From NCBI GenBank assembly GCA_963706575.1, contig CAVPNL010000024.1:1-16686 (forward strand): a stretch of DNA of 16,686 nt. Direction: 5' to 3'. The notes beneath the pieces are model-generated. The model saw nothing but the letters and a program-made list of their open reading frames with translations. It searched no databases and was not told where the DNA came from. The stretch's first letter is position 1. The number at the start of each line of letters is the position of its first letter. Source of the DNA: an uncultured delta proteobacterium. GTDB taxonomy: Bacteria > Desulfobacterota > Desulfobacteria > Desulfobacterales > JAHEIW01. This document shows positions 15,389-16,686 of the stretch, one piece after another. Position numbers and translations under genes: made by a program.

Positions 15389-16606
15389 TTAGCCTGAAAA
15401 GGCCGATGCAACCCAGGCGACCATCGCCACCAACAGAGCCGCTGCCTGTAACGGTATGGCTTTGCGCATTTCTTTTTCGACCCCCGAAGGGGAAGTAAAG
15501 GGCGTTGATCCGGTAAAATTCATCGCCAGGTAAGAACTGACGGCCGTCGTCCAAAGCATCAGCGCCAAAGCGCCTAAAAGCTGCAAATCACTGCGAAACA
15601 GCGCTACAATTCCGGCTGCGCTCAAAACACCGATTATGGCCCCTTTCAACGCAAATGATCGTCCCGGTATCCAGGGTAAAAGCGCCGGGGTGGCCACCGC
15701 CCCGGCCAGGATTCCGGCAGCATAGGCGACTGTCAGCATAATCCCTCTGAGCCATGCGGCTGAAAAGGAAAAAACATGGGTTCCGATCCCGGAAATCAGA
15801 AATGCTGCCAGAAGAACCCACACCGATGGCTTTGGCAAGTGGGACAGTTCCACCGGAGCAAGGATGACCCGATCGATGGTATTAAAAGTGACCCTGCGCA
15901 TGGATGGTTCAGCTTTAAATCCGTTGTTTAAAAATTTCGGAATATCTTTGCTATGCACCGGCCCATAAATTACCTTGAAGCCACTTTGTTTTTTTACATC
16001 ATGGGCGGCAACGCCTGTCGCTGCCAATTGCGGCAGAATCAACCGGCTGTGGGTTACCACTTTCTTAACTTCCGTCAGCTTTACCCGGCGAACGACTTCT
16101 GCGGTTGAAAAGAAATTTTTTCCGGCTGCGCACCACACGTTGATACCACGGGTGTCCAGAACCAGAATCCAGGCATTTATGGATGTGAGCGCTTTGCGCA
16201 AATGATCAAATGTCAGTTTATAGTTTGCAGTGACCAGAATCGGTGCCTGGGAATCCGGCGCTCCTACGCAATACAGACCCGGTGCAATTTTATATTGGCT
16301 ACGATTAATTCCCAGCCGCGCTCTGATCGTACCGGCATGATCCGGCCATTGCAGGGCTGTTTTTACCCGCGGTACCGGCCCGGCCGGCGTCTGGACAAAC
16401 TCCTCTACGAAATCCAGCAAGGCAAAGCCCGGTTTCTCAAACGGGCTGCTTGGCGGACCCGCGGGCGCTCCACAACACGCCTCATCCTGCTGAGCGCTAT
16501 CGGTTAAGGGCCCGGGAGCAATGCTGATCCCCATCGGCTGACCGTTCTGCGGTTCACAGCATTTTGTATTTTGCGGGAATTTTTTCTTCATTTCATCAAT
16601 TGGCAT
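15389..16606 (-). CDS. hgcA: Mercury methylation corrinoid protein HgcA
   Basis: APGLYCVG, ILVTANYKLTFDHLR, WILVLDTRGINVWCAAGK (cap helix, 16118-16141), LILPQLAATGVAAH, a C-terminal multi-TM domain and YLAMNFTGSTPFTSPSGVEKEM. The exact start codon is uncertain (16606 or 16591). Confidence 0.97.
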   Translation of the reverse strand: MPIDEMKKKFPQNTKCCEPQNGQPMGISIAPGPLTDSAQQDEACCGAPAGPPSSPFEKPGFALLDFVEEFVQTPAGPVPRVKTALQWPDHAGTIRARLGINRSQYKIAPGLYCVGAPDSQAPILVTANYKLTFDHLRKALTSINAWILVLDTRGINVWCAAGKNFFSTAEVVRRVKLTEVKKVVTHSRLILPQLAATGVAAHDVKKQSGFKVIYGPVHSKDIPKFLNNGFKAEPSMRRVTFNTIDRVILAPVELSHLPKPSVWVLLAAFLISGIGTHVFSFSAAWLRGIMLTVAYAAGILAGAVATPALLPWIPGRSFALKGAIIGVLSAAGIVALFRSDLQLLGALALMLWTTAVSSYLAMNFTGSTPFTSPSGVEKEMRKAIPLQAAALLVAMVAWVASAFSG

Positions 16607-16613
16607 CCAAGTT

Positions 16614-16654
16614 TATCGTAAATATACGATATACAATCTTGCTGCTGCGGTCAA
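16614..16654 (-). promoter_or_regulatory. Putative hgcA sigma70 promoter with an overlapping palindromic operator
   Basis: Minus strand TTGACC (16654-16649), 17-nt spacer, TATCGT (16631-16626). Perfect inverted repeat TATCGTA-AATA-TACGATA at 16614-16631. Confidence 0.6.
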
Positions 16655-16686
16655 GTGCAAATGCATGATCCAGGGATAACCAAATT

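Noticed and set aside
15303..15554. 83-aa ORF between and overlapping hgcA and hgcB (EDENDDEDD..RPRSRPR)
   Set aside because: It overlaps hgcA out of frame, and its low-complexity tail is just the translation of the palindromic hexamer repeat.
15389..16606. CdhD/CdhE (acetyl-CoA synthase corrinoid subunit) or fused HgcAB
   Set aside because: The intact cap helix, C-terminal TM domain and a separate downstream hgcB indicate a bona fide HgcA.

Overview
A mostly minus-strand window that looks like an anaerobic deltaproteobacterium (Desulfobacterales-like; inferred from gene content and intergenic repeat style). The main feature is at the right end: an intact mercury-methylation pair, hgcA (NVWCAAGK cap helix plus membrane domain) and hgcB (2x[4Fe-4S] ferredoxin, CMECGAC, C-terminal CC). 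hgcAB is a known system, not a new one. This copy has several notable features: a Cys-Cys-rich N-terminal extension on HgcA, its own sigma70-like promoter overlapped by a perfect 7-4-7 palindrome, and a 72-bp palindromic repeat between hgcA and hgcB. From left to right the rest is: a truncated YdbH/AsmA-like gene missing from the ORF track; an unusual 513-aa FabH-like enzyme that seems to carry a second, Cys-less copy of its N-terminal half-domain; a degenerate YchF paralog; a BT1-type MFS transporter; a LEA-2 lipoprotein; an AsmA gene with a 1-nt frameshift; a five-domain S1 protein; a convergent SAM-methyltransferase / tandem-PilZ pair with long leaders; and htpX. Several small palindromic or MITE-like elements lie in the intergenic spacers. 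The best candidates for undescribed biology are the triple-module FabH + YdbH operon, the PilZ/methyltransferase module and the hgcA regulatory region.
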